Shown here piece by piece: positions 26,665 to 35,715 of a stretch of 37,746 nucleotides of DNA (position 1 is its first letter; every line of letters begins with the position of its first letter). The notes below the pieces were generated by a model, which did not search any database, was not told the origin of the DNA, and saw only the letters and a list, made by a program, of their open reading frames with translations. Where the stretch lies: sequence record DRR723986_5438. One strand, 5' to 3'. Made by a program: the position numbers and the translations under genes.

Positions 26665-28755
26665 ATGCCCAAAATTTCGGTCCAATCCCTCTTCAACCCC
26701 ACAATCCTGCTCGCCTTGGCTCTGATGGCGGTCATTGTCATGATGATCCTGCCGGTGCCCGCGTGGATTCTGGATGTTGGTCTAGCCGCGTCTTTTGCCC
26801 TCGCGGTTTTGATTTTCACAGTGACCCTGTTTATCGAACGCCCCTTGGATTTTTCGGCGTTCCCAACCATCTTGCTCGCCTCGCTCATGTTGCGCCTGTC
26901 GCTCAACGTCTCCTCTACCAAATTGATCATTGGCCAGGGTCACACCGGACCAAATGCGGCCGGCAACGTGATCGAAGGGTTCGCCCAATTCGTCATGGGC
27001 GGCAGCGTTTTCCTAGGGCTTGTCGTCTTTGGCGTGCTGCTGATCGTCAATTTCATGGTGATCAACAAAGGCGCCACCCGCATGGCCGAGGTCGGCGCGC
27101 GCTTTGCTCTGGATGCAATGCCAGGCAAACAAATGGCCATCGATGCAGACATGTCTGCAGGCGCAATTGACCACAATCAGGCACGGGACCGTCGCGAAAC
27201 CGAACAGCAGGAAACGACCTTTTTCGGCTCGCTGGATGGCGCATCGAAATTCGTAAAAGGCGACGCGATTGCCGGCCTGCTGATCACCTTGCTGAACCTT
27301 GTGATGGGTTTGATCATGGGTATCGTGGTCCATCAAATGCCAATCGGCGCGGCGTTCGAAACCTATGCTATTCTCACGGTTGGGGATGGATTGGTCTCGC
27401 AAATCCCAGCTGTGATCATTTCCATTGCCTCTGCGCTGCTCTTGGCGCGCGGGGGGACACACGGCGCAACGGACACCGCCATTTTCGATCAACTTGGTCG
27501 CCACCCAGCCGCGCTTGGCACCGTTGCCATTCTGATGGCGTTGTTTGCCTTGGTTCCCGGGCTGCCCTTTGTACCATTCATCATTGGCGCGATCACCTTG
27601 GGCGGATCATCTTATTACGTCCATATGCGGGCGCTGGAACGCGCGGCGCAAGAAGAAATGCCAGCCGAGGGCCCCTCGGATCTGCCCAGTTCGCGTGCCT
27701 TGGGCGATATCCTCGACCTCGATGATGTGCATCTTGAATTTGCCCCAGACTTGGTTGGTATGGTTTTGGATCCCGGCACGGGGCTGGATGCCCGCATTGC
27801 CAATATGCGGACCCACGTGGCCTCAGCCTTTGGGTTGATTTTACCCGACATTCGCCTCACCGATCAGGCCGAATTGCCCACCGGAACTTACCTGATCCGA
27901 GTACAAGGCGTGGAACAGGTCCGGGGCGTACTGCACCCCGATCTGATCTTAGCCCTGATGCCAGACGGGCCTGATATCCTGCCCTCAGGAACTGATGTGA
28001 CCGAACCCGTTTACGGCGCGCCTGCTCGCTGGATTACCCCAAAAGATCAAGAAGATGCGGCCCTGTCAGGGGCGACACTGGTCTCCCCTCCGGAAATCCT
28101 CGCCACCCACCTGCTCGAAGTGATCAAACAGAACTTTGGCCGCTTGTTGACCCTGAAATCCCTGCGCCGGTTGCTGTCTGAACTGACCCAACTCAGCGAT
28201 CCAGCCCGGGCCGAGGCCAACCGCAAACTGCTGGACGAACTGATCCCCGACAAGGTGCCGATCGACACCCTGCATTCGGTTCTACGCCTACTCTTGGATG
28301 AACGGGTTTCGATCCGAAACATGCCCCTGATCCTAGAAACCATTGCCGAGGCCCGCCTAACGGTCACCAACCCCGAAGCCATCTGCGAACAAGTCCGCCA
28401 ACGCTTGGGGTTCCAACTGGTTGCCGAAATGAAGCGCGAAGACGGCAGCATTCCCTTGGTGCAACTTGCCCCCGAATGGGAGGAAACGTTCCTCAGCTAC
28501 CAAATTGATGGCGTGCAGGGTGGTCTGGATATCGCCCTCCCCCCGGATGTGTTCAATCGCCTGACCAATGGCATTTCAGATCGCCTGTCCCTGACGGCAG
28601 AACAAGGATTGTTCCCGGCCCTTGTCACCTCCAGCAGACGCCGGCGGTTTCTGCGGACGATCATGCGGGCACGCGGCATTTCCAATCCGGTCCTGTCGTT
28701 CGAAGAAATCGGGATCGAGGCGCACCCCGCATTGGTTGGAATGGTCGCCGCATGA
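26665..28755 (+). CDS. flhA: Flagellar biosynthesis protein FlhA
   Basis: FSAFPTILL, RMAEVGARFALDAMPGKQMAIDAD, FFGSLDGASKFVKGDAIAG, LTVGDGLVSQIPA, ERVSIRN. Confidence 0.98.
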   Translation: MPKISVQSLFNPTILLALALMAVIVMMILPVPAWILDVGLAASFALAVLIFTVTLFIERPLDFSAFPTILLASLMLRLSLNVSSTKLIIGQGHTGPNAAGNVIEGFAQFVMGGSVFLGLVVFGVLLIVNFMVINKGATRMAEVGARFALDAMPGKQMAIDADMSAGAIDHNQARDRRETEQQETTFFGSLDGASKFVKGDAIAGLLITLLNLVMGLIMGIVVHQMPIGAAFETYAILTVGDGLVSQIPAVIISIASALLLARGGTHGATDTAIFDQLGRHPAALGTVAILMALFALVPGLPFVPFIIGAITLGGSSYYVHMRALERAAQEEMPAEGPSDLPSSRALGDILDLDDVHLEFAPDLVGMVLDPGTGLDARIANMRTHVASAFGLILPDIRLTDQAELPTGTYLIRVQGVEQVRGVLHPDLILALMPDGPDILPSGTDVTEPVYGAPARWITPKDQEDAALSGATLVSPPEILATHLLEVIKQNFGRLLTLKSLRRLLSELTQLSDPARAEANRKLLDELIPDKVPIDTLHSVLRLLLDERVSIRNMPLILETIAEARLTVTNPEAICEQVRQRLGFQLVAEMKREDGSIPLVQLAPEWEETFLSYQIDGVQGGLDIALPPDVFNRLTNGISDRLSLTAEQGLFPALVTSSRRRRFLRTIMRARGISNPVLSFEEIGIEAHPALVGMVAA

Positions 28756-29525
28756 TCCAACTGCCGCCGGGGTTGATTGACACGCTGTCCGCCGAAATCA
28801 TCGGCGTCTTTCTGGTGTTTCTCCGGGTGTCGGCGATGTCCTCGCTGCTGCCCGCCTTTGGCGAACGCACCCTGCCCGTCCGGGTGAAACTTGCGGTTGC
28901 GGGCGCTTTTACCCTAATCGTGGCACCCGCCGTCCAACCGGCAACAACGTCTCCCGGTCTGACCCAATTCGCCGGACTTGTACTGACCGAGATCCTGATA
29001 GGTATCGCCTTTGGTATCGGGGTGCGCCTGTTCATCCTCGCGCTGCAAACCGCCGGATCTGTGGCCGCACAATCGACTTCGCTGTCCCAAATTCTGGGCG
29101 GAGCTGCGGTCGAGCCAATTCCTGCCATGGGCTATGTTCTCGTTATGGCCGCCTTGGCGCTCGCCGTTGCCGCCGGGTTGCACGTGCGGGTCGCTGAATT
29201 CCTGATCCTCAGCTATCAGCTCCTGCCAATGGGAACCGTGCCCGCCGCCCCTGATTTGTCCCACTGGGGCGTGCGCCGCATTGCCGATGCCTTTGGCTTT
29301 GCAATCGGGCTAGCCGCCCCTTTCATGATCATCTCGCTGATCTACAATTTGACACTGGGCGTCATCAACCGGGCCATGCCTCAACTGATGGTCAGCTTTG
29401 TCGGGGCTCCGGCGATCACCATGGGCGGCATGCTCATGCTTTTGGTGTCATTTCCTGTCATGCTGTCTGTCTGGGCAGACGCCCTGTTCGGGTTCTTCCA
29501 AGATCCGCTAGGGCTCATTCCATGA
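28752..29525 (+). CDS. fliR: Flagellar export protein FliR
   Basis: FLRVS...PAFGE..LP.RVK, EILIG, LGVINRAMPQL; between flhA and flhB. Confidence 0.95.
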   Translation: MIQLPPGLIDTLSAEIIGVFLVFLRVSAMSSLLPAFGERTLPVRVKLAVAGAFTLIVAPAVQPATTSPGLTQFAGLVLTEILIGIAFGIGVRLFILALQTAGSVAAQSTSLSQILGGAAVEPIPAMGYVLVMAALALAVAAGLHVRVAEFLILSYQLLPMGTVPAAPDLSHWGVRRIADAFGFAIGLAAPFMIISLIYNLTLGVINRAMPQLMVSFVGAPAITMGGMLMLLVSFPVMLSVWADALFGFFQDPLGLIP

Positions 29526-30604
29526 GCAACGACGACGATACCGATAAGTCATTTGACCCGACGCCAGAAAAGCTACGCAAAGCTCGGGAAAAAGGCGAAA
29601 TTGCCAAATCCGCGGACCTCTCGGTGGTTGCGGGCTATGCAGGCCTTGTTCTGGGGCTCATCATTGCGGGTCAATCGGGGATTTTCGATTTCGGCACTGC
29701 GCTTATGATTCTAATAGATCAATCCGATCAGATTTCTAACCTGGTTTTCGATGGATCCCCCAGCGCGCCCTTTGGTGGGTTCTTTGCCAAAATCGCACTG
29801 TCTCTGGCCCCTATCTTTGTCCTCCCCGCCGTCGCGGTCATTGTCACGATCATCGCCCAGCGCGCCTTTGTTGTGGCCCCCACGAAACTGAAACCCAAGC
29901 TTTCGCGGCTGTCTATTATCTCAAACGCAAAGAACAAATTCGGGCGCTCTGGCTTGTTTGAATTTGCCAAAAGCTTTTCAAAACTCCTGATTTATTCATT
30001 TTGCCTCGGGCTGTTCCTACGGGCCAACCTGCCCGACATCGTCGCCGCCAGCAGTGTTGATTTGCGCCTGTCCGCCACACTGATGATGACCTTGCTGATC
30101 CGGTTTCTATTCATCGTGGTGGCAATTTCGCTTGTCATCGGGGGCATCGACTATCTGTGGCAATATCACGAGCATCAGCGCAAAAACCGGATGTCTCGCA
30201 AAGAAATTCAGGATGAGACCAAAGATTCCGAAGGCGACCCGCATATGAAAAACCAGCGACGCCAGCGGGGCCAGCAAATTGCCATGAACCAAATGATGGC
30301 GGACGTGCCGGATGCAGATGTGATCATCGTCAACCCCACCCATTATGCAGTTGCGCTGAAATGGGCCCGCACCCCGGGCACCGCGCCCGTCTGTGTCGCC
30401 AAGGGGGTGGATGAAATTGCCGCCGCCATCCGAAAATCCGCACAAGAATCCGGCGTGCCGATCCATTCCGATCCCCCCACCGCCCGGGCTCTGCACGCCA
30501 GTGTCGAGATCGGCGATGAGATCCCCGAAGACCAGTTCCGCGCCGTGGCCGCCGCAATCCGGTTTGCCGAGGCCATGCGGCTCAAGGCAAAGGCTCAGAT
30601 ATGA
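29522..30604 (+). CDS. flhB: Flagellar export switch protein FlhB
   Basis: PTPEKLRKAREKGEIAKS, RMSRKEIQDETKDSEGDP, NPTH autocleavage motif, VAKG.D, ARAL. Confidence 0.97.
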   Translation: MSNDDDTDKSFDPTPEKLRKAREKGEIAKSADLSVVAGYAGLVLGLIIAGQSGIFDFGTALMILIDQSDQISNLVFDGSPSAPFGGFFAKIALSLAPIFVLPAVAVIVTIIAQRAFVVAPTKLKPKLSRLSIISNAKNKFGRSGLFEFAKSFSKLLIYSFCLGLFLRANLPDIVAASSVDLRLSATLMMTLLIRFLFIVVAISLVIGGIDYLWQYHEHQRKNRMSRKEIQDETKDSEGDPHMKNQRRQRGQQIAMNQMMADVPDADVIIVNPTHYAVALKWARTPGTAPVCVAKGVDEIAAAIRKSAQESGVPIHSDPPTARALHASVEIGDEIPEDQFRAVAAAIRFAEAMRLKAKAQI

Positions 30605-31011
30605 AGCAAGCAAATGCGCTCTTTCAACTGAAACAAATCGCCGAGGCCCAATACCTGCGCGAGTTTCAGAAAATTCAGGCCGCGCTCGAGGCCGAGGCCC
30701 AAGCGCAACGCCGTCTCCAGCAACTGGATGATCAAACAGTGCAGGCCAATCAATCCTTGGAAACCGGCCATGCCTTAGCTCACATCGGGGCGGATGTTGC
30801 CTGGCAAAAATGGGCCGCGCAAACCCGTGAGCAACTGATGCACAAATTGGCGCATGCACGTGCGCGACGATTGCAGGAAATGGACAGGGTGCGGGTGGCC
30901 TTTGGCCGCAAAGAGGCGCTTCAGACGTTAGACAAATCCGCCCGTCAGGCCGCCGCGGTCCAACGTCGCCGCAAGATGCAGGAAACCCTCCTGAGTGGTG
31001 CGCTCAAATGA
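30601..31011 (+). CDS. Coiled-coil protein, FliJ-like
   Basis: 136 aa, Gln/Ala/Arg-rich two-helix pattern, ATGA overlap with flhB. Confidence 0.6.
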   Translation: MKQANALFQLKQIAEAQYLREFQKIQAALEAEAQAQRRLQQLDDQTVQANQSLETGHALAHIGADVAWQKWAAQTREQLMHKLAHARARRLQEMDRVRVAFGRKEALQTLDKSARQAAAVQRRRKMQETLLSGALK

Positions 31012-31043
31012 AAAGGGGCGCGCCGCTCAGGCCCGCCCTTTTT
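31011..31043. terminator. Probable bidirectional terminator between convergent flagellar operons
   Basis: AAAAG-GGGCG.GCC-gctca-GGC.CGCCC-TTTTT. Confidence 0.65.
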
Positions 31044-31064
31044 GTCGTTTCACCTGAAATCAAC

Positions 31065-31574
31065 CTAGTGCGAATCTTGCCGTGCGATATTTGAAATCAG
31101 CACCCCGTGGATGCCATCCCCCATTTCTCGTTTTGCCACTTCGGACAATGCCCCTCGCAATACGTTCAGATTTTCCGGGCGTGTGAATGCGCCGTTAAAT
31201 CCCCCCATATTCGCATGATCAAAGAGAACCTGCAGAAACGCATCCCGTAACTTAGGCTCTTTGGCATAAAAGGCGTCGCTGTTGCCCGGCGTCGCCTCCA
31301 AACTCAACGACACCGTGACCAACCCCTCGACCCGATCCTGTGTCACAAGTGGCACCACAAACTGTTTGGTCAATTTCAGGTAATCGTGTTCTGGCTCAGG
31401 GTTACCAGACGCCTCTGTCTCTGCCTTGTGCTCTGCCTCTTCGGTTTTGGCATCCCCATGGCTTTGATCCCCTTCGGCCACATCGGCAGGCTTGCCCCCG
31501 CCCATTAGGACACCCGCCCCGACGCCTGCCCCAAGACCAATCAAAAGAAAAATAACCGGAAGTAGTTTTTTCAT
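31065..31574 (-). CDS. Second FliL-family protein
   Basis: MKKLLPVIFLLIGLGAGVGAG TM, QFVVPLV, EPKLRDAFLQVLFDHAN.GGF.G; SD GAGG. Confidence 0.75.
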   Translation of the reverse strand: MKKLLPVIFLLIGLGAGVGAGVLMGGGKPADVAEGDQSHGDAKTEEAEHKAETEASGNPEPEHDYLKLTKQFVVPLVTQDRVEGLVTVSLSLEATPGNSDAFYAKEPKLRDAFLQVLFDHANMGGFNGAFTRPENLNVLRGALSEVAKREMGDGIHGVLISNIARQDSH

Positions 31575-31584
31575 GCCTCTGTCC

Positions 31585-32319
31585 TTAGAACGGCAAAACG
31601 GTGTCGAGCACCTGCTGGCCATAGCGAGGTTGCTGAACGTCGGTGATCTGACCCCGCCCACCATAAGACACACGCGCCGACGCAATCTTGTCATAGGTGA
31701 TTTCGTTCTGACGCGAGATATCCTCGGGGCGCACAAATCCCGACACCAGCAGCTCTCTCAATTCGAAATTCACCCGCAGCTCTTGCGACCCTGAGATCGA
31801 CAAAACCCCATTAGGCAACACATCCACCACCGTCGCAGCCACCCGCAACGTTAGCTTTTCCTTGCGCTTCACCGACCCTTTGCCGGCGGTCTTGCTGGTT
31901 GAATCAATCTCGACCGCGTCTTTCATGCTGGCGCCCTCAGGCAGGCTTTCGTCGATCCGTTGGGGAACCCCAAACAGGTTGGGCACGCCCAAACTTTCGG
32001 ATCCAACACGCGAGCGGGCGGTGTCATTTGAAATCTCAGCCTTTTCGTCGATTTCAATCACCACCGTCATGATGTCGCCCTTCTTGATGGCGCGCCGATC
32101 CCCCAACAGGGACCCCTGCCCGCCGCTCCACAACGACGCCTGATCCACTGATCGCTGCGGCTGGCTGTGCAAGGGCAGACCGGGCCACAACATGGCCACC
32201 TGCTCGGGCGATTCGGTTGCCGGGGTAAAGCTGGGCGGCTTGCCTAAGTGATCCAACCGTCCGCACGCACTGACGGCAAACAGGGTGATCAACAGGGTTT
32301 GGGAGTAAGCAATTTTCAT
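31585..32319 (-). CDS. flgH: Flagellar L-ring protein FlgH
   Basis: Lipobox VSAC, DRRA..KGDI.TV, VVDVLPNG.L, GFVRPEDI, IASARVSYGG.G, C-terminal PF. Confidence 0.97.
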   Translation of the reverse strand: MKIAYSQTLLITLFAVSACGRLDHLGKPPSFTPATESPEQVAMLWPGLPLHSQPQRSVDQASLWSGGQGSLLGDRRAIKKGDIMTVVIEIDEKAEISNDTARSRVGSESLGVPNLFGVPQRIDESLPEGASMKDAVEIDSTSKTAGKGSVKRKEKLTLRVAATVVDVLPNGVLSISGSQELRVNFELRELLVSGFVRPEDISRQNEITYDKIASARVSYGGRGQITDVQQPRYGQQVLDTVLPF

Positions 32320-32735
32320 CAATGCACCTCAATTGCGCCATCTGACCGGATCCGGCCTGTGACTGTTGAACGAGAAGTCAGGTTCATCGCGCGGATCACA
32401 TCCCCCTCAGATCCACGCCCCAAGGCGCGTCCTTCGGTTGAAATGCTCAAGCCGCCGCGGTCGAAAATAAGGGTCACCAGATCGTTTCGGCCGATGATCG
32501 CTGGGGGGCCAACATCGCCAAATCGAATGGGGCGCCCGGGGTACAATGCAACGCGGGCCTCTTGCCCCACCACATCGGCCAAATCCGCAATCGCACCGTC
32601 GACGCTCGCGGTCTTTAGCACGACGTCTTCGGCCGAAATGATTTGCTTGGCCCGGATTGTGCGTGCTGGCACCAATATTTCGGCCCAGGCAGGCACCGCA
32701 AGACACAGCAGTAAGGACAGAAAAACCCGTTTCAT
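32319..32735 (-). CDS. flgA: P-ring formation chaperone FlgA (SAF domain)
   Basis: Signal peptide, ARTIRA..II, VVGQEAR..LYPG.P, EGRAL..G..GD.I..MN..S. Confidence 0.92.
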   Translation of the reverse strand: MKRVFLSLLLCLAVPAWAEILVPARTIRAKQIISAEDVVLKTASVDGAIADLADVVGQEARVALYPGRPIRFGDVGPPAIIGRNDLVTLIFDRGGLSISTEGRALGRGSEGDVIRAMNLTSRSTVTGRIRSDGAIEVH

Positions 32736-33520
32736 CAGCGCACCTGCGTTGTGGCGCTCATCATCTGGTCCACCGCTGAAATCACCTTGGCATTCATTTC
32801 ATAGCCACGCTGCGCCTCAATCAGCTCGGTCACCTCGCGCACCGCATCCACCGAGCTGTCCTCCAGATACCCCTGCCGCAACGTGCCCAATCCGTCCTCG
32901 CCCGGCGTTGCCACCACAGGGGCGCCCGATGCTTCGGTTTCCTTGAACATGTTGCTGCCGATGGCCTCTAGCCCTTTGGCGTTAGAAAAGCTGGCCAGCG
33001 TGAATTGCCCCAGCAACTGCCCCTCGGAGCTGTCATCGAAATAGGCATAGACCTCTCCGGCGGGGTTGATCGAAATCTGGCGCGCATCACTGGGAATGGT
33101 GATCTCGGGCGCCACCGTGAACCCACCAGACGTGACCACCAGCCCCTCAGCAGACCGTTTCAGACTGCCGTCACGGGAATAGGCTGACTGCCCCGATGGC
33201 AAGGTGATCTCCAGATAACCGCGCCCTTCGATGGCAACGTCCAGATCGCTGCCGGTTTCAGACATCGCCCCCTGCGCCAGATGCATCGAAATGGCCGCCG
33301 GACGCACGCCAAGCCCCAGCTGCACGCCTGTAGGCAACACCGTACCATCCGCCGCATTCACTGTCCCGGCGCGGGACATCTGTTGATAATGCAAATCAGC
33401 AAATTCAGCCCGCCGGGCGTTGTACCCAGTGGTGTTCATATTCGCGAGGTTGTTCGAAATCGTCTCGACCCGCAGCTGTTGGGCCGTCATGCCGGTGGCG
33501 GCAATTTTCAGAGCACGCAT
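32735..33520 (-). CDS. flgG: Distal rod protein FlgG
   Basis: ISNNLANMNTTGY, FADLHYQ, G.Q.GLGVR, YSRDG, LE.S.V..V.E...LI.AQRGYEMNAKVI. Confidence 0.97.
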   Translation of the reverse strand: MRALKIAATGMTAQQLRVETISNNLANMNTTGYNARRAEFADLHYQQMSRAGTVNAADGTVLPTGVQLGLGVRPAAISMHLAQGAMSETGSDLDVAIEGRGYLEITLPSGQSAYSRDGSLKRSAEGLVVTSGGFTVAPEITIPSDARQISINPAGEVYAYFDDSSEGQLLGQFTLASFSNAKGLEAIGSNMFKETEASGAPVVATPGEDGLGTLRQGYLEDSSVDAVREVTELIEAQRGYEMNAKVISAVDQMMSATTQVR

Positions 33521-33544
33521 AAGGTGCCTCCTTCTTTCTGTGGG

Positions 33545-34258
33545 TTATCGCATTAGGTTTTTGACCGCATTTCGAATGCGCTCATCTTCGGTTTTCAGGA
33601 AACTCTGCCCCAGCTCATAGGCGCGCTGGATCTCCACCAAACGCGACACCTGTTCGATGGCATTCACGTTCGACCCTTCCAGAAACCCTTGCATCACCTT
33701 GGCCTCGGCGGTCGCTTCGACCCCATCATCGGCGCGAAACATCACCCCGCCTTCGCGGATCATGCCCCTGGGGTTGTTGGGCTGAAACACCCCAACCTGC
33801 CCGACCAATCGCCCATCAGCACTGATCGTGCCGTCGCTGGCGATATGGATGGTTTGTGCATCCGGTGGCACAAAGATCGCCGCCCCATTGCTGTCCATCA
33901 CGCGATGACCTGACATACTGACCAGATTGCCGGCCGCATCCGGGGTGAAACTGCCCGCCCGCGTCAACCGATCGCCAGACTCCGTATCCAACATGAAAAA
34001 GCCTTCGCCCTCGAGCGCCAGATCAAACTTGGCGTTGGTTTGGGTCAAAACGCCCTGCTCCAACGAGGTGTTGCGCACCTCAGCCCGGGCCATCGACAAC
34101 GACGGCTGATGGCGCGCCTCTTGGATGTATTCGGAAAAAACCAACCCCTCTTGGCGATACCCTGTGGTGCTCGCATTGGCGATATTGTTGGCCACCACGC
34201 GGATTTCATTCATCAATCCCGATTGGCGTGAAAGGGTCGCATAACTCGCTGTTTCCAT
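33545..34258 (-). CDS. flgF: Proximal rod protein FlgF
   Basis: VVANNIANASTTGY, DLALEGEGFF, TRAGSF, GFLEGSNVN; start METAS after GGAGG, overlapping the fliQ stop. Confidence 0.93.
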   Translation of the reverse strand: METASYATLSRQSGLMNEIRVVANNIANASTTGYRQEGLVFSEYIQEARHQPSLSMARAEVRNTSLEQGVLTQTNAKFDLALEGEGFFMLDTESGDRLTRAGSFTPDAAGNLVSMSGHRVMDSNGAAIFVPPDAQTIHIASDGTISADGRLVGQVGVFQPNNPRGMIREGGVMFRADDGVEATAEAKVMQGFLEGSNVNAIEQVSRLVEIQRAYELGQSFLKTEDERIRNAVKNLMR

Positions 34259-34530
34259 TAGAAACCTCCGGAGATTATTGGAATGATTGTGGTTTGAAAG
34301 AACGACACGAGGGTCTGCGTCATGAACCCCATCGACACCCAGAACACGATGATGATCGCGGCCAGTTTGGGCACAAACGTCAGCGTCATTTCCTGAATCG
34401 ACGTCAGCGCCTGAAACAGACCAACCGTCAAACCCGTGACCAAAGCAACCGTCAGGATCGGGATCGAGATGATGACCGCAATCCACAATGCCTGACGCAG
34501 GGTGTCATAAAACAGACCTTCGCTCAGCAT
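34258..34530 (-). CDS. fliQ: Flagellar export protein FliQ
   Basis: GLFQALTSIQEMTLTFVPKL. Confidence 0.96.
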   Translation of the reverse strand: MLSEGLFYDTLRQALWIAVIISIPILTVALVTGLTVGLFQALTSIQEMTLTFVPKLAAIIIVFWVSMGFMTQTLVSFFQTTIIPIISGGF

Positions 34531-34533
34531 GGC

Positions 34534-34824
34534 TTAAACCGGCATCCGCAGGATTTCCTGATAGGCCTCGACCACCTTATTGCGCACGGTGACCGCGGTT
34601 TCGACCGCCAGTTCTGTCTGCGCCAGGGCCTGCACCAACGCATGCGGATCGGCCTTGCCCACCATTGCGGCCTGCGCCGCCTGCTCACCTTGCTGCAGGG
34701 TGTTGGCAAAATCATTGAACGTGTTGCGCAGACCTGCGGTTGCCCCATCGTGTGTGGGGTCAACCTGCGTGGCCGAACGCGCCGAGGTATAGCTTTGTGC
34801 TGCTGAGAGAGAGCGGATATCCAT
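34534..34824 (-). CDS. fliE: Hook-basal body protein FliE
   Basis: VRNKVVEAYQEILRMPV. Confidence 0.96.
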   Translation of the reverse strand: MDIRSLSAAQSYTSARSATQVDPTHDGATAGLRNTFNDFANTLQQGEQAAQAAMVGKADPHALVQALAQTELAVETAVTVRNKVVEAYQEILRMPV

Positions 34825-34835
34825 TCTGGTTTCCT

Positions 34836-35228
34836 TTATTTACGTAGAAGATCCATCAGAGACGACGACATTTGCCGTGCCTGATCGAACATTTTGAGAT
34901 TGGCCTCATAGCTCCGCTGCGCTTCGCGCGCGTCTGCGATCTCGATCATCAGATCCACATTGGACCCTTCGAAATGACCACTGGCATCGGCCATCGGATG
35001 TGCCGGGTCATAAATGCGTGTCAGGTCACTGCGGTCCAGATTGACCTTACCTGTCTCCACGGTGGTGGTGCCGTCCATCCCATCGCGCACCGCCTGAAAC
35101 GGAACCATTTTCCGGCGATAACCGGGCGTGTCCGCATTCGACAGGTTTTCCGAGACATGACGCAGACGCGTGGCTTGGGCCCGCAACGCACTAGCTGACA
35201 CGTTTAGTGAATTTCCAAAATCGCTCAT
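34836..35228 (-). CDS. flgC: Rod protein FlgC
   Basis: SENLSNADTPGYRRK, YDPAHPMAD, NVD...E..D...AQRSYEAN. Confidence 0.96.
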   Translation of the reverse strand: MSDFGNSLNVSASALRAQATRLRHVSENLSNADTPGYRRKMVPFQAVRDGMDGTTTVETGKVNLDRSDLTRIYDPAHPMADASGHFEGSNVDLMIEIADAREAQRSYEANLKMFDQARQMSSSLMDLLRK

Positions 35229-35239
35229 CAGGCTGCTCC

Positions 35240-35629
35240 TCAGGACGCGTTGATGCTGGCGCGCAGCAATTTCATGGATGATTTATAGATCGCCAACGCG
35301 CGGTCATGCTGACGCTTGACCTCGACACCTTTCAGCATCTCCTCTTCGACCGAGACGCTGTTGTTGTTGGGATCACTGGGCAGGTTGGGCGTGTATTCGG
35401 CCCACTGCATTTGCCCGCCTTGCAGACCGTTCAGATGCCCGGCACGGGTGGATTGCATTCCGGTACGCGGACGCTCTTGCAAATAGGTGCTGGCAAACGG
35501 CTCGATCTCGCGAGCCTGATATCCGGGCGTATCGGCATTCGCCATGTTTTGGGAAACGACGGATTGCCGCTTACCTGCATGTGTTGCCATGGCGTACGCC
35601 ATCTTAAAGACGTTCAAGTCAGAGAACAT
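35240..35629 (-). CDS. flgB: Rod protein FlgB
   Basis: RQSVVSQNMANADTPGY, NNNSVSVEEEM; start MFSDL after GAGGGAG. Confidence 0.94.
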   Translation of the reverse strand: MFSDLNVFKMAYAMATHAGKRQSVVSQNMANADTPGYQAREIEPFASTYLQERPRTGMQSTRAGHLNGLQGGQMQWAEYTPNLPSDPNNNSVSVEEEMLKGVEVKRQHDRALAIYKSSMKLLRASINAS

Positions 35630-35715
35630 CGGGGCTTCTCCCTCGATTGATTTCAACCAAGGCTTAACCCCGATTCCTTTAAAAACTGTTTTCAAGAAAT
35701 TTGTGGAGAATCCCG

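Noticed and set aside
30107-30859. 250-aa minus-strand ORF
   Set aside because: Antisense to flhB and the FliJ-like gene; typical GC-rich shadow ORF.
32248-32946. 232-aa plus-strand ORF
   Set aside because: Antisense to flgH, flgA and flgG; low-complexity Pro/Ser/Arg composition.
34259-34486. Upstream extension of the flgF ORF
   Set aside because: Overlaps fliQ in another frame; the real start at 34258 has GGAGG and matches FlgF N-termini.
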